A stretch of 64,000 nt of DNA from an uncultured virus (IMG/VR IMGVR_UViG_3300028392_000057) (lineage: Duplodnaviria; Heunggongvirae; Uroviricota; Caudoviricetes), in the IMG/VR virus record IMGVR_UViG_3300028392_000057. One strand, 5' to 3'. Positions within the stretch are counted from its first letter, which is position 1; each line of letters begins with the position of its first letter. This document shows, piece by piece, positions 10,546 to 19,203 of the stretch. A model generated the notes under the pieces. It was not told where the DNA came from, ran no database searches, and was given only the letters and a program-made list of their open reading frames with translations. Made by a program: the position numbers and the translations under genes.

Positions 10546-10851
10546 TCACTGATTACAGGTTCGTGTGCGAGTGATTGTGCCATCTGAGTTTTGTGTCTCT
10601 GTCCAAGGTGTACAAACTTGTCCTTGTGCAGGTTGAGGATTTTGTACAACAACTGGTTGTTGTACAATTACCTGTTGCTGTTTTGCAATTTCATAACCGA
10701 TTACACCTGTGACTACTGGTGCTACCCACCAACCAAATCCAGGTCCGCCTCGATAATAACCACCGTGACGTATACCATGGCCATGATAATGTTGCGCCAT
10801 TGCTGTTCCCGTAACTGCTAATAATGACAATGCTAATAGAACTTTTTTCAT
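10546..10851 (-). CDS. Small secreted protein
   Basis: Signal peptide MKKVLLALSLLAVTGTAMA; AGGAG RBS. Confidence 0.8.
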   Translation of the reverse strand: MKKVLLALSLLAVTGTAMAQHYHGHGIRHGGYYRGGPGFGWWVAPVVTGVIGYEIAKQQQVIVQQPVVVQNPQPAQGQVCTPWTETQNSDGTITRTRTCNQ

Positions 10852-10881
10852 AACTATCTCCTGTTACACTTATATAACGTG

Positions 10882-11406
10882 TCAGGCTAATGTTCCGTTG
10901 ACACGGTGACGGTCGATTACTTCTTGTAAAATAATCTCTATCATCTTATTTAGTGTAATATCACGTTTATGTGCTTCCATAGATAATTTTAATATTAGTT
11001 CATCATCTATATCAATTGGAAACTGAACACGGGTATCACATTCTTCTCCGTTACAAAGAGCCTTAGCCTTCTCAAGGAAATCTTCTTCCATTTCTAAATC
11101 AATAAACTTAATATCGTCCCAAGCAATGTCAGTATCTACTTGTCGTTTCTCTGATTCTTTATATAAAGCATCTTTATAATCAGGATTCAACCAACGATAG
11201 GGTTTTTTATCTTCGTCCCAAGCTTCACGTTTAACGGAAACTTCAGCCTGATAAATTGTTTGGTCAACAGTACTATAAATTACCGATGCATGTGCAAAAT
11301 CACTTTCGTAATCTAAATATCTACCATCTGGATAGCAATTCCATTGATACTCACTACCACCGGTAATTTTGTGATCCAATACTTCATTAACTTCATTCAA
11401 TTTCAT
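10882..11406 (-). CDS. Hypothetical protein with C-terminal ribbon-helix-helix-like segment
   Basis: PIDIDDELILKLSMEAHKRDITLNKMIEIIL. Confidence 0.65.
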   Translation of the reverse strand: MKLNEVNEVLDHKITGGSEYQWNCYPDGRYLDYESDFAHASVIYSTVDQTIYQAEVSVKREAWDEDKKPYRWLNPDYKDALYKESEKRQVDTDIAWDDIKFIDLEMEEDFLEKAKALCNGEECDTRVQFPIDIDDELILKLSMEAHKRDITLNKMIEIILQEVIDRHRVNGTLA

Positions 11407-11620
11407 TTTCTTCTTTCAAAAGTTTTTCACAACTGTCACTTACATTTTTTGGAAAATCGTGTAAATTTTTTACAATTAATTCACACCTATACTTAAGAGT
11501 GATGATTGGCTGAGGTGGTTCTTCTTCTTCAGGAACATGCATCCAATATAATCCAAATAATATTGCTATTATAGCAAATATTTTTTGTTTGTGCAAGTGT
11601 AAAATATCCCAAAAGTCCAT
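11393..11620 (-). CDS. Small membrane protein
   Basis: One transmembrane segment. Confidence 0.55.
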   Translation of the reverse strand: MDFWDILHLHKQKIFAIIAILFGLYWMHVPEEEEPPQPIITLKYRCELIVKNLHDFPKNVSDSCEKLLKEENEIE

Positions 11621-11746
11621 AAAGATATTTATACATTTACACCTCTACAATATAATAAAGACTATGTGGATAGGTTTCGTGTAGCCATTCTAACATACCT
11701 TCTTCGTATGGAAGAATGACCGACTTATACTTATTAGTAATATACC

Positions 11747-12055
11747 TCACGCTACAAACCAATCTGCATCATCTTTTAATTCAATGGATTCGGCACCGTC
11801 ATATTCATTTATTCTAAACATTGCGCCTTCGGGTATCAATGCTACTTTCAAGTCCACAATACCACCGGTATATAGTTTAGGATATTTTAGTGTAATATAT
11901 GTTTTCAATTCATCCCATTTGTTTTCTTCTACCAACTTGACGATAGCAGGGTCAAACAATATTTCAGGATAGTCTTGGTTCCATGTATACCAGCCCGAAC
12001 CATAGTCAGGACTATACAATACAGCGACCATTCCGTCTCTAATCAATTTGTTCAT
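11747..12055 (-). CDS. Conserved phage hypothetical protein
   Basis: VAVLYSPDYGSGW...FRINEYDGAESI; start trimmed to the Met after AGGAG. Confidence 0.75.
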   Translation of the reverse strand: MNKLIRDGMVAVLYSPDYGSGWYTWNQDYPEILFDPAIVKLVEENKWDELKTYITLKYPKLYTGGIVDLKVALIPEGAMFRINEYDGAESIELKDDADWFVA

Positions 12056-12210
12056 TTTATCTCCTGTCTGGGCAAACATACGGCCCTTACATTTTTATCC
12101 GTTAATTCTTTAATAGCTTGTTTACAAACTGTTTCATCCGTATACCGATTTACCTGATTTAAAACAGGCATTGAGGTTCCTAAAATTATATATAGTATCC
12201 AACTCATTCT

Positions 12211-12438
12211 TTATCTCCATGCATTAACTAAACCAATTAAACAAGTAACTATTGCTACTACGTTTACTACCAATTGCGGGTTATTCTTTACACGGATTGT
12301 CCATGTTAAAAACATAATTGTACCTAATGTAAATGCTACAATGTTGTAGGGGTGTGCATCAGGTCCAATTGCGTTACAGATATGGCCAGCAATAATAAAT
12401 ACTGCACCAGTCCATTGTAATATATCGTTTACTTTCAT
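12211..12438 (-). CDS. Small membrane protein
   Basis: Start trimmed to MKVNDILQW; three hydrophobic segments. Confidence 0.65.
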   Translation of the reverse strand: MKVNDILQWTGAVFIIAGHICNAIGPDAHPYNIVAFTLGTIMFLTWTIRVKNNPQLVVNVVAIVTCLIGLVNAWR

Positions 12439-12662
12439 TCTACTCCAAAATGTTCTGACAACCATTGTCTTGTGTGAAAACGTGCTATCAATTGATGACC
12501 ACCCGGATCTAAAACATTCATACATTCCTTAACAATCAATTCGGCAAACTTCTCCTTAAAAACTTCGTACCTCAACACACGTTCATGGTGTGAATAGGGG
12601 GCATGTTGCTCTGCCGAATAATCTTCAGCCTGCTCAATAAGTTCTTTAATTCTTTCGTTCAT
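12435..12662 (-). CDS. Hypothetical protein (MNERIKEL...EHFGVE type)
   Basis: Coupled start/stop with both neighbours. Confidence 0.7.
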   Translation of the reverse strand: MNERIKELIEQAEDYSAEQHAPYSHHERVLRYEVFKEKFAELIVKECMNVLDPGGHQLIARFHTRQWLSEHFGVE

Positions 12663-13000
12663 TACTTTACTCCAAATGTGTTCAATGCTGGTTGCAATGT
12701 GTTAATCAATTCTGTCTCACGTGCGTGAGCAGGACGCTTACCACGGACAACTTCTAATGTGCCAAATACAAAACGTTCAGCACCATGCTCACGTAAGGCA
12801 CGACTCAAACCCCAGTTTTTGTTTTCTGTCATAGCCCGTTGCATGTGCTTTTGCATACGACGGACTAGTGTTCTACGTACATTGCCATTAAAACAAAGTG
12901 CGGTTAAACCAATGTAGTACTCAAGTGTTACTGTATCTTGGATATAGTAAATCACTTGATTTCTATCAGTTCTACGTTTGCGGACGATTTTTGAGTTCAT
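12662..13000 (-). CDS. GIY-YIG-like nuclease domain protein
   Basis: VIY...YYIG, RxxxH and E-LI...LN motifs; promoter at 13007-13035 directly upstream. Confidence 0.65.
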   Translation of the reverse strand: MNSKIVRKRRTDRNQVIYYIQDTVTLEYYIGLTALCFNGNVRRTLVRRMQKHMQRAMTENKNWGLSRALREHGAERFVFGTLEVVRGKRPAHARETELINTLQPALNTFGVK

Positions 13001-13148
13001 AGATGAATTATACACTATAACCCATTTATTGTCAAATATTGGCAAAAATCGCTAGAAGTGTATCAGTATATGTTCCTGAATAGTCTAGCGATTTTGAAGC
13101 ACCTGAGGTGCTAAAATGAGTACTTTTGTTTCTTAAATATGTAGTACT

Positions 13149-13439
13149 TTAGTGTACTACTTCCCCTATACTTGTATTCATGTAGGTTTTGATTTCTTTG
13201 TTTAAGTCTCTTTGAGTATATCCTAAATCAGCCAACTCTTGTATTAATGCTATAAATAATCCATGAGTAGCGACACCGGGAATATATTCTGGATCATCAT
13301 TATTATTTTCAAATTCTTCTAATAATGGTAATAATGTATCATATATAAAATCACATGATAATAATGCGCTTTTTTCTATTTGCTCTACTTCTTCACTAGT
13401 ATTAACCATTTTAACTTCTTTTGCCATAATATTATTCAC
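13149..13439 (-). CDS. Acidic hypothetical protein
   Basis: ORF track. Confidence 0.6.
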   Translation of the reverse strand: MNNIMAKEVKMVNTSEEVEQIEKSALLSCDFIYDTLLPLLEEFENNNDDPEYIPGVATHGLFIALIQELADLGYTQRDLNKEIKTYMNTSIGEVVH

Positions 13440-13881
13440 TTATTGTTTTAGTATATTCATAGTTAATGGTTTCTATATTTTCACGGAATATAATAGCACC
13501 ATTTTTTAAATGAAATCTTCTAGCCATTTCTGTTTTAGGACTTAATGTCACAAATCTATTTACACTAGGATATTGCTCCTGAATACCTTTTACCGCTTGT
13601 ATTAATAAATCACGGCCTTTACCGGCTTTATAACTCCAGATAGTATAGAATACAGCGGTAGTTGGAACCTCTGATACATTAGATAAATCATCTACTCCGG
13701 CTGGAACAAAATCATGGAAACTAACACATACCATTGCATCCGGATCATCATCATTACTAGATAATGCCGCAACCATTCTACCATTACTTACTCTAAAATC
13801 GGTAGAAATTTCTGGTCTAACTGGATCATCTTTAATAAAATTTAATAGTTTGTGTGTTAAGTCTGTTATGAAGTGGAGCAT
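13432..13881 (-). CDS. Malonyl-CoA decarboxylase C-terminal (GNAT-fold)-like protein
   Basis: TAVFYTIWS...GKGRDLL...RFVTLSP resembles the MCD catalytic domain motifs. Confidence 0.55.
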   Translation of the reverse strand: MLHFITDLTHKLLNFIKDDPVRPEISTDFRVSNGRMVAALSSNDDDPDAMVCVSFHDFVPAGVDDLSNVSEVPTTAVFYTIWSYKAGKGRDLLIQAVKGIQEQYPSVNRFVTLSPKTEMARRFHLKNGAIIFRENIETINYEYTKTISE

Positions 13882-13928
13882 TTTAATCCTTGGGGTGTGT
13901 TAATCGTATTTAGCACAAATTTAATAAT

Positions 13929-14861
13929 ATGCTATTATTTACGCTAAATATTGACATGAAAAATATTATTGAATGGAATGTTGGATTGAATGGGTTTAAA
14001 AAATGTACCTTAGAATTAAGTGATACTATCCATAATTTCACTACAGAAATATTAGATGTTCCGTTTAATAGTAATCGAAGTATTACTGATATATTTAATG
14101 ACCATTTATCTATTAGACAAACCAAATATGTGGAAGTATTGTATAGTGGTGGGTTGGATAGTGAATTGGTATTATTGTCATGTATTAAAAACAGTATACC
14201 TGTAATAGCAATTACTTTAATTATAAAAGTAGATGGTATGATAATCAATACACATGATATATATTATGCTGAAAAATTTTGTAGGGAGAATGGTATAAGT
14301 CATAAACTGGTTGAATTGAATGCTGATAAGTTTTTTCAAAATGGTGATCATTTAAAATATTTGACTCCTTATTATATCATAGAACCTCACGTAGCCACAC
14401 ATTTATGGTTAATTGAACAATGTAGTTATTTCCCTATAATAGGAGGGGATTGGCCTTGGGCACAAACTCATAATGAGAATCCGGTACTGTCCCCATTTAG
14501 ATTAGAGTTTGCAAGTTATGAAAGATTTATGCTTGATAAAGGTATTAATGGAATAGGAAATATGATAAGTTACAGTTTAGATTCTTCCATTAAACTTATA
14601 CAAATACATTTAGATAATCCAATGGAAGGTGATACTATTTCTAGTTTTAAATCTCGGATGTATCAAATAATGTACCCAAAATTAGAAAAAAGAATAAAAA
14701 GTCACGGCTGGGAACAGCTTAAAACACAAACCTTTAATCTATCTATATATAGAATAGATTTAATTAAAAAATTAAAGCCTACTTGGCATCAAATTAAATG
14801 GAATAATACCATAAAAACCCTTTTAGATACATTGGTTAATGAAAATGACAAATTCAAATAA
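13929..14861 (+). CDS. PP-loop adenine nucleotide alpha-hydrolase (asparagine-synthase-like, no glutaminase domain)
   Basis: VLYSGGLDSE motif; real start probably MKNIIEW. Confidence 0.7.
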   Translation: MLLFTLNIDMKNIIEWNVGLNGFKKCTLELSDTIHNFTTEILDVPFNSNRSITDIFNDHLSIRQTKYVEVLYSGGLDSELVLLSCIKNSIPVIAITLIIKVDGMIINTHDIYYAEKFCRENGISHKLVELNADKFFQNGDHLKYLTPYYIIEPHVATHLWLIEQCSYFPIIGGDWPWAQTHNENPVLSPFRLEFASYERFMLDKGINGIGNMISYSLDSSIKLIQIHLDNPMEGDTISSFKSRMYQIMYPKLEKRIKSHGWEQLKTQTFNLSIYRIDLIKKLKPTWHQIKWNNTIKTLLDTLVNENDKFK

Positions 14862-15435
14862 ATTTGATACACATGAATCCTTTTATCATGGCTTAATAAA
14901 AAGTAAGTTATGGTTATGTGAGGAATTAGAAATTGTAATGTATAGCGAATTCGTTAAAGATCCTACGTTACATGTATTAGGATGTTGGGATAACTTACTA
15001 GCATTTATGTTAATTACTCGCAAACCTGAATTTTATAATACGGTATACGGTTATGATATAAATCCAGAAGCAATTACTACGGCTAATCGTGTATGTGATA
15101 TGTGGCAGTATGAGAAACCAAATGTACATAATCATATACAGGATGTTAATGATTATGATTTTAGTAATTGTAATGACTCTATTTTTATAAACTGTAGTAT
15201 AGACCAGATGGATAGTAATAAATGGTATGATACAGTTCCTAATAATAGTTTAGTATGTATTCAAACTACCGATATATCGGATCCTAAATTTCCCTGGTAT
15301 ATAAAACAAACCACTAGTAGTTTAGATGAGTTAATTAATAAGTTTAATCTAAATAAATTATTGTATTCCGGACAAAAACATGTACAATATAAAGAAAATG
15401 GATATAATCGTTATATGATTATAGGCTGTAAATAA
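14839..15435 (+). CDS. Class I SAM-dependent methyltransferase-like protein
   Basis: SKLWL, VLGCW, YDINPEA and INCSIDQM motifs. Confidence 0.65.
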   Translation: MKMTNSNKFDTHESFYHGLIKSKLWLCEELEIVMYSEFVKDPTLHVLGCWDNLLAFMLITRKPEFYNTVYGYDINPEAITTANRVCDMWQYEKPNVHNHIQDVNDYDFSNCNDSIFINCSIDQMDSNKWYDTVPNNSLVCIQTTDISDPKFPWYIKQTTSSLDELINKFNLNKLLYSGQKHVQYKENGYNRYMIIGCK

Positions 15436-15460
15436 AAATAGGACCCGAAGGTCCTATTTT
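15435..15460. terminator. Bidirectional intrinsic terminator
   Basis: AAAATAGGACC-CGAA-GGTCCTATTTT. Confidence 0.85.
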
Positions 15461-16043
15461 ACATTGTAGGTCCGTTGCCGTTTTTGAAACCTACACTACC
15501 ACCTTCACTTTCAATACGTTTGATAACATCTTCAAACAGTATAGGTGTGTAATCTGTATGCTCAACGCATACACAATGATATCTAGCATCAATTATAGGA
15601 ATGCCATACTTGCCCACAGGTTCCATCATTACACGATTGGCGTGTAAGTGACCGTGAATGTTAGTTCCAAAACGACCTAAGGATTCAGTATGAATAGGTA
15701 TATGACTTAATATCATTCCATTCATAACATGATAGGCGCGCAATTCACGGAAGTATAATCTATACTCATCATCACGGAAGATATCGTGGTTACCACGAAT
15801 CAATACTTTGTCGCCATTTAAGCGGCCTACGGTAGATAATGCTTTGCGATTGATAACTACATCTCCCAAAAAATAGCACTTGTCTTTGGGGCCTACCACT
15901 TCATTGTATCGTCGGACTAATTCTTCATCCATTTCATCTGGATCAGTCCATGGCCTTAATTTTGTAATACCATCATTACGTGTAAATTTACAAACGCCGG
16001 CGTGCCCAAAATGTGGGTCAGAATAAAGAAAAACTTTTGGCAT
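15459..16043 (-). CDS. Calcineurin-like metallophosphoesterase
   Basis: SDPHFGH, LGDV, GNHD and HGHLH motifs; start trimmed to MPKVFLYSD after AGGAG. Confidence 0.9.
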   Translation of the reverse strand: MPKVFLYSDPHFGHAGVCKFTRNDGITKLRPWTDPDEMDEELVRRYNEVVGPKDKCYFLGDVVINRKALSTVGRLNGDKVLIRGNHDIFRDDEYRLYFRELRAYHVMNGMILSHIPIHTESLGRFGTNIHGHLHANRVMMEPVGKYGIPIIDARYHCVCVEHTDYTPILFEDVIKRIESEGGSVGFKNGNGPTM

Positions 16044-16085
16044 AAAACATCTCCTAAATGATAAATAGATAAACAAGGACAATAT

Positions 16086-16730
16086 ATGATTGACGCTTAT
16101 GTTTACAAAATAACTAACAAAATTACTAGCGAATTTTACTACGGGTACCGCTATAAAAACCAAACACTTGGAATTACTCCAGAACATGACCTTTGGATAA
16201 TATATTTTACATCTTCTACTCGTATAAAGAAAGATATAAAACAGTACGGAAAAGAGGCATTTATAATAGAGATTATATATAGAAATATAGATTCTGTCAA
16301 GTGCTGGCAACAAGAACAAATTACAATTAAACAAGAATGGGGGAACCCGTTGTTATTAAATGGCAAATATCATGACCCGAATTCAAACGTAGAAATATTT
16401 CGTAGGGTTAATATATTAACTGAAAAAACAAGAAATAAAATGTCCATAGCAGGAAAAGGTCGTCCTAAATCAGAAGAACACAAAAAAAATATTGCTATAT
16501 CAAATACCGGCAAAATCGGATCAGACCAAAAAAGAGCAAAACTATCTGCTTACCGAAAAGGCAAAACAACTAACAAAGGAATGTCGCCCCCTAAATACAC
16601 ATGTCAACATTGCGGATTTATAGTATCAAATGGCAATCTTAAAAGATGGCACGGAGATAAGTGTAAATCCGTTGATCCTGTCGGTCATATAATTAGAACA
16701 GCACAAGTTTCTTCTATTAATAAAAAATAA
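16086..16730 (+). CDS. Free-standing homing endonuclease (GIY-YIG-like plus NUMOD3)
   Basis: YVYKITN...YYGYR, KSEEHKKNIA NUMOD3 repeats, CQHC...RWHGDKCK; TAAATA upstream. Confidence 0.8.
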   Translation: MIDAYVYKITNKITSEFYYGYRYKNQTLGITPEHDLWIIYFTSSTRIKKDIKQYGKEAFIIEIIYRNIDSVKCWQQEQITIKQEWGNPLLLNGKYHDPNSNVEIFRRVNILTEKTRNKMSIAGKGRPKSEEHKKNIAISNTGKIGSDQKRAKLSAYRKGKTTNKGMSPPKYTCQHCGFIVSNGNLKRWHGDKCKSVDPVGHIIRTAQVSSINKK

Positions 16731-16775
16731 GTGGACCTATATTTTTTTTAAAAAATATCAATTATACTACTTATT

Positions 16776-16849
16776 TGGCATCCCCCGAGGGACTCGAACC
16801 CCCACTAACGGTTTTGGAGACCGCAGTACTGCCATTATACTAGAGAGAC
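16776..16849 (-). tRNA. tRNA-Trp(CCA)
   Basis: Cloverleaf, loop CT-CCA-AA, encoded CCA end. Confidence 0.9.
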
Positions 16850-16854
16850 ATTGT

Positions 16855-17076
16855 TTATAAATTTTTTCTAATACGTTTGAGATATTCTCGTCCAACTAGT
16901 CCAGCTTCAATTTCCATTAATGCAGTTACAGTGGGTCCTGCTTTTGTATTGAGCAATGATTTATGCCCACGCTTTAATTCTCTTACACGTTGTGAGGCAA
17001 TAAGAACTAAATCAAATCGACTACCGACCATGAGTGCGGCTTCTTCACTTGTATATCTTGCTCTGCTTTCAGTCAT
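16855..17076 (-). CDS. rpoZ: DNA-directed RNA polymerase subunit omega
   Basis: ARYT...SRFDLVLIASQRVREL...PTVTALMEIEAG matches the RpoZ consensus. Confidence 0.9.
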   Translation of the reverse strand: MTESRARYTSEEAALMVGSRFDLVLIASQRVRELKRGHKSLLNTKAGPTVTALMEIEAGLVGREYLKRIRKNL

Positions 17077-17101
17077 ATCATCTTTCTATTGTTAAACTTG
17101 G

Positions 17102-17242
17102 TTATCTTGTTACTTTTCTAATCAACTTGTACCAATAGTATTTGAAACCACGAAATACAAGTATATCAAAACTAATTGTAGGATTAACTTCTTTCACAAT
17201 GTGACCGTATGCTCTGTTGATTACATCTTCACTTTTGCTCAT
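17102..17242 (-). CDS. Small hypothetical protein
   Basis: AAGGAG RBS; start trimmed to MSKSEDV. Confidence 0.6.
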   Translation of the reverse strand: MSKSEDVINRAYGHIVKEVNPTISFDILVFRGFKYYWYKLIRKVTR

Positions 17243-17257
17243 AATTACTCCTTTGTT

Positions 17258-17333
17258 TGGTGGGTCGTGAGAGACTCGAACTCCCGACATTCTGCGTGTA
17301 AGGCAGACGCTCTACCAACTGAGCTAACGACCC
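17258..17333 (-). tRNA. tRNA-Val(TAC)
   Basis: Cloverleaf, CT-TAC-AC loop, CCA. Confidence 0.95.
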
Positions 17334-17338
17334 GATAT

Positions 17339-17518
17339 TTAACCACCTTGGTTACTATCTTTAACTTCTGTTTGATTAGCAATTTTTTCAAACGCTTCAT
17401 CTTCATTCTGTTGATCCTCAATAGTTCTTGGATCAGGCTTGCGAAAAATATTGTTCCAGTTGTTGTCAAATGTATTTAAATCAACACTGTATGGTCTTGG
17501 CAAGCTACCTTTAGTCAT
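17339..17518 (-). CDS. Small hypothetical protein, 59 aa (MTKGSLPRPYSVD...)
   Basis: Coupled to the upstream ORF; KGSxPRP motif; absent from the ORF track. Confidence 0.65.
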   Translation of the reverse strand: MTKGSLPRPYSVDLNTFDNNWNNIFRKPDPRTIEDQQNEDEAFEKIANQTEVKDSNQGG

Positions 17519-17682
17519 TTGCTATTATCCTTACGAGAACTTGTACGTGAATTGCTTTTTTCAATCTCTACAAAACTACGAATAAAAGCTCCACGTACAT
17601 GTGCATCACGAATAAGTGTTGCCGCACGTTTAACTGCTTTGGGAAGTTTAACTGCCCGTGAATCATATCCTCTACATGTCAT
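17515..17682 (-). CDS. Small basic hypothetical protein
   Basis: AAGGA RBS; start trimmed to MTCRGYD. Confidence 0.65.
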   Translation of the reverse strand: MTCRGYDSRAVKLPKAVKRAATLIRDAHVRGAFIRSFVEIEKSNSRTSSRKDNSK

Positions 17683-17704
17683 AACATTTCCTTTTAAAAA
17701 ACTA

Positions 17705-17781
17705 TGGTCGGAGTACAAAGATTCGAACTTTGGACCCCCTGGTCCCAAACCAGGTGCGCTACCAGACTGCGCTACACTCCG
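17705..17781 (-). tRNA. tRNA-Pro(TGG)
   Basis: Cloverleaf, TT-TGG-GA loop, CCA. Confidence 0.95.
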
Positions 17782-17785
17782 TAAC

Positions 17786-17860
17786 TGGATGCGGGGGACG
17801 GATTCGCACCGCCGATCTTCAGGTTATGAGCCTGATGAGTTACTACTTCTCTACCCCGCG
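17786..17860 (-). tRNA. tRNA-fMet(CAT), initiator type
   Basis: CGCGGGG start with C1:A72 mismatch, CT-CAT-AA loop. Confidence 0.9.
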
Positions 17861-17866
17861 CTATCT

Positions 17867-17940
17867 TGGTGGAGGATAACAGAATCGAACTGTTACGAAG
17901 ACCTTGCAAAGGTCCCAGGCTCCCATTACATCAATCCCCC
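17867..17940 (-). tRNA. tRNA-Ala(TGC)
   Basis: G3:U70 pair, TT-TGC-AA loop, CCA. Confidence 0.9.
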
Positions 17941-18017
17941 AAACTAAAACATACTAACCATTCTGTTACCACTGTATACCTACAGCTTGTATCCATCTGT
18001 TTAATATGTTTTAGTTT
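17941..18017 (-). ncRNA. Stalk-enclosed RNA element A
   Basis: 17-bp closing duplex filling the whole gap between tRNA-Leu and tRNA-Ala. Confidence 0.6.
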
Positions 18018-18093
18018 GGTGCCCTAGGAGAGACTCGAACTCTCAGCTTACGGCTTCTAAGACCGCTGTGTCTACCAATTTCACCACCAGGGC
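18017..18093 (-). tRNA. tRNA-Leu(TAG), short variable arm
   Basis: CT-TAG-AA loop, 77 nt, CCA. Confidence 0.9.
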
Positions 18094-18101
18094 ATTTTAC
18101 T

Positions 18102-18130
18102 ATTATAACAAAAAACTATTTATCTGTCAA
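18102..18130 (-). promoter_or_regulatory. Sigma70-type promoter inside the tRNA array
   Basis: TTGACA-17 nt-TATAAT. Confidence 0.85.
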
Positions 18131-18158
18131 TACTATTGGTCAACAACTAAATATATAT

Positions 18159-18719
18159 ATGATTACATCCGAACAACTATATGAGTTAAACTTACCGGCA
18201 TTCAGTGAGGTAACATTGCCTTCCTTTAAGGGATTTGATGATGACCATTTACCATTTAATTATATGAGACTAGATAGAATCGATCATATTTTTAAACCAG
18301 AATATATTAATCTTTTGGGTTTAAATTGGTGTAAACTAAGTTATTTTAAAAAAACAGATTTCAAAGGAGCATTGCATTCAGATGCAATAGTTCCTGAAGA
18401 TTTTATGTTTGGCATTAATTGGATAGACGGTGGTACAGGTGTACTAGAATTTTATGACCATGATGAGGTTGAAGTAGATGGAATTACTGGTGGGGCTTTA
18501 AATAAAGATAACTGGGGAGTAGTTACAAAATACAAACCTATACTTACTCCTAGCAAACAGTATGATACAAACAACAATAAGGCATACTTAGTAAATGCTT
18601 CTACAATACACCGAGCAATTGGAATTGGACCAAGAAAATGTTACAGCCTTCGAACTAATGACAGACGTATAGCATGGGATGATATCGTTAAACTTTTTTC
18701 TAACCTTATTATACGATAA
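18159..18719 (+). CDS. Putative Fe(II)/2OG oxygenase- or cupin-like protein
   Basis: GALHSD...IHRAIG...RKCYSLR (HxD...H...R pattern). Confidence 0.5.
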   Translation: MITSEQLYELNLPAFSEVTLPSFKGFDDDHLPFNYMRLDRIDHIFKPEYINLLGLNWCKLSYFKKTDFKGALHSDAIVPEDFMFGINWIDGGTGVLEFYDHDEVEVDGITGGALNKDNWGVVTKYKPILTPSKQYDTNNNKAYLVNASTIHRAIGIGPRKCYSLRTNDRRIAWDDIVKLFSNLIIR

Positions 18720-18722
18720 TTT

Positions 18723-18796
18723 TGGAGCGGGGTAGGAGAATCGAACTCCTTTGACTAGCTTGGAAGGCTAGGACACAACCAATATGCCAACCCCGC
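18723..18796 (-). tRNA. tRNA-Gly(TCC)
   Basis: CT-TCC-AA loop, U73, CCA. Confidence 0.95.
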
Positions 18797-18804
18797 ATAT
18801 ATTC

Positions 18805-18880
18805 TGGAGTAGGTGACAGGGATCGAACCTGCATAGCACGGATTTGCAATCCGCTACCTAACCATTCGGTACACACCTAC
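18805..18880 (-). tRNA. tRNA-Cys(GCA)
   Basis: TT-GCA-AA loop, U73, CCA. Confidence 0.9.
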
Positions 18881-18883
18881 ATA

Positions 18884-18974
18884 AAAGCATATTGAAACAC
18901 ACTAACTACCTTGGTATGTACTAAGGTTCAATGAACCGATACGACCCTATCTTTAATGTATTTCAATATGCTCT
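18884..18974 (-). ncRNA. Stalk-enclosed RNA element B
   Basis: 22-bp closing duplex whose G:U pairs work only on the minus strand. Confidence 0.6.
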
Positions 18975-19168
18975 GCATCCCCCGGCGGTAATTATAGAGT
19001 ATCAAGATATGACGCTATCATACCCATCACACACTCCTTCCACCCGCTTCCCGACAGGGACCGTTCTCGCATTGCTAGCGGCCTTTAGGTTTAAAGACTA
19101 CCACCCGTACATGTCACTGTACTTCTCATCGTGTGGGTCACACTATCCGAAGACACCCGGAACGTTCG
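18975..19168 (-). ncRNA. Structured ncRNA candidate of unknown class (~190 nt)
   Basis: GC-rich non-coding segment with several complementary arms (GGTGGTAGT/ATTACCGCC, GTCTTT/AAAGGC, CCGCT/AGCGG). Confidence 0.6.
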
Positions 19169-19203
19169 GTATAAATACAGTCTTAAACATAAGACTGTAT
19201 TAA

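Noticed and set aside
13044..13095. 12-bp inverted repeat AAAATCGCTAGA/TCTAGCGATTTT as a mobile-element end
   Set aside because: Single occurrence with no transposase or target duplication; more likely a local terminator-like hairpin.
16044..16334. N-terminal extension of the metallophosphoesterase in the ORF track
   Set aside because: It overlaps the opposite-strand endonuclease. The true start is ATG at 16043 with an AGGAG RBS.
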